From assembly GCF_023055435.1 (NCBI RefSeq), contig NW_025963857.1, positions 26,536,001-26,600,000 on the forward strand: 64,000 bases of DNA, written 5' to 3'. Shown one piece after another: positions 62,701-64,000 of the stretch. Numbering within the stretch: the first letter of the stretch is position 1; every line of letters begins with the position of its first letter. Origin of the DNA: Haliotis rufescens (lineage: Eukaryota). The notes beneath the pieces are model-generated. The model was given only the letters and a program-made list of their open reading frames with translations. It was not told the DNA's origin and did no database searches. A program made the position numbers and the translations under genes.

Positions 62701-64000
62701 ACTTATGTAGTACGTGTCTTACCGAAGAGTTATCCTATTTATCTAAAATACATTAATTGTCCTTAATTGCGCTCTATTACGTGTATTATATTTTTCAACC
62801 AAATGTAAAGTGTCTTCGTTTCATTGTTAAATGCATTTGTTGTAAGATTTATACTGGAACTGTTAATTCATAATTTTCGGAATACTTTAATTGTCTTAGG
62901 TTGTACTTTGTTTATGTTTTATGGTGATATGTAAATGACTGATGAGATACACGGAATATAAGACTGGCTACTAATAGATGCTTCTCTTGGTTGTTTTAAG
63001 GCGGGCGGTCCCTTGCTAATTCTAGGTATTATAATTAGCCTTGACCAAACATAAACCTTTAAAGGTTATTATAGGTCATAAGGTTTATTATATATATGAG
63101 AGTCGCTTAATTCGATCCTGTGGCACTTGTGACATTCGCCTTCAATGCATGGCAAAGTTGCAGAAGAGTTTACGGCTGCGAATGACGTTGTCGGAAACGG
63201 CTATCGTGTTTATCCCACAGAAGTTCAGTTCAGAAGAAGTTCGGGCGATCTTGATGGCAGCCTGGTTCCGTGGGTATGCTGACCCAGACAATGACTGCGA
63301 CCTCCACTAAACAACCAACCATGGCTGACACGACATGTATTTACTTTTGAAACACGCTAGAAAGGGTGGTTAAATCTTTTCTCAGTATTTACACTGCTGC
63401 AATGTATACCCAACGAGCATAACGTCCTTATTGATACTTTTAGTGAAGGGAGGCATTATTTAGGCTGCTTCGAGACTCGGAAGTAGTCGTCATATCGGTG
63501 AAATGTAAACAATGACACACATCATTTTCAACAGTGATATGTGCCTTAATATTTCGTGTCAGCTCACTGTTGTCACGGAATCGTATACATAATACATGGA
63601 ATTAAACGACCACATTTATGAAATCACGTTAGCATCTTTATTTTAGCGAATTTGATGGCGCCGATTATGCCCCGTTTTCTCCCATTGTAAAACGGTTAGT
63701 TTAGTGGAAACAATGAACGATCAGTACAATAACTAGAAAAAATAAACACTTTTGATAAGTAATAATGGTGTTTGATGGTAGGGTCTGTCATTTGGCCTCT
63801 GGATTTTATTCACATGAAAAGTCATTTATTCGGCATTTGTTTTCTTATCACATAATGAAATTAAACATTTTGATCGAATGATTTTGGAAAAGTAATTGAT
63901 TACTTTCAATCTAGTGTTTTTGAACTCTGGTTGTACTTGTAAAAATGTCGGGTCTAAATGGCATAATAATGAAGAATATGTTCATGATGTTTAATTATTT

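Noticed and set aside
63041-63325. 89-aa ORF or degenerate THAP-like fragment on the minus strand
   Set aside because: No convincing motif; multiple stops on the minus strand

Overview
Animal genomic DNA, probably a gastropod mollusc (abalone-like repeat families; this is an inference), with an assembly gap at 26631-26838. Left part (1605-21868, +): the 3' 13 exons of a divergent phospholipase C-gamma gene (SH3, split PH, Y catalytic box, C2), including one textbook U12 minor-spliceosome intron. Its introns hold SINEs, MITEs, a 2.2-kb G-rich minisatellite, a 4.2-kb satellite with higher-order structure and a Penelope-like fragment. Middle (27436-32499, -): a Crypton-type tyrosine-recombinase element between (TA)n tracts, whose gene has at least 8 spliceosomal exons, an open spliced frame and a complete R-K-HxxR-H-Y catalytic set. 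Right part (33081-60582): three 5-exon genes for secreted Cu/Zn superoxide dismutases (a tandem + pair and a divergent - copy), all with intact metal ligands. They are interspersed with one intact and two decayed Tc1 transposons, an R4-like LINE relic, Penelope-like relics carrying variant (U3-A8) minimal hammerhead motifs, and several SINE families sharing one 3' tail. Exon coordinates were read by hand from splice signals and frame continuity.
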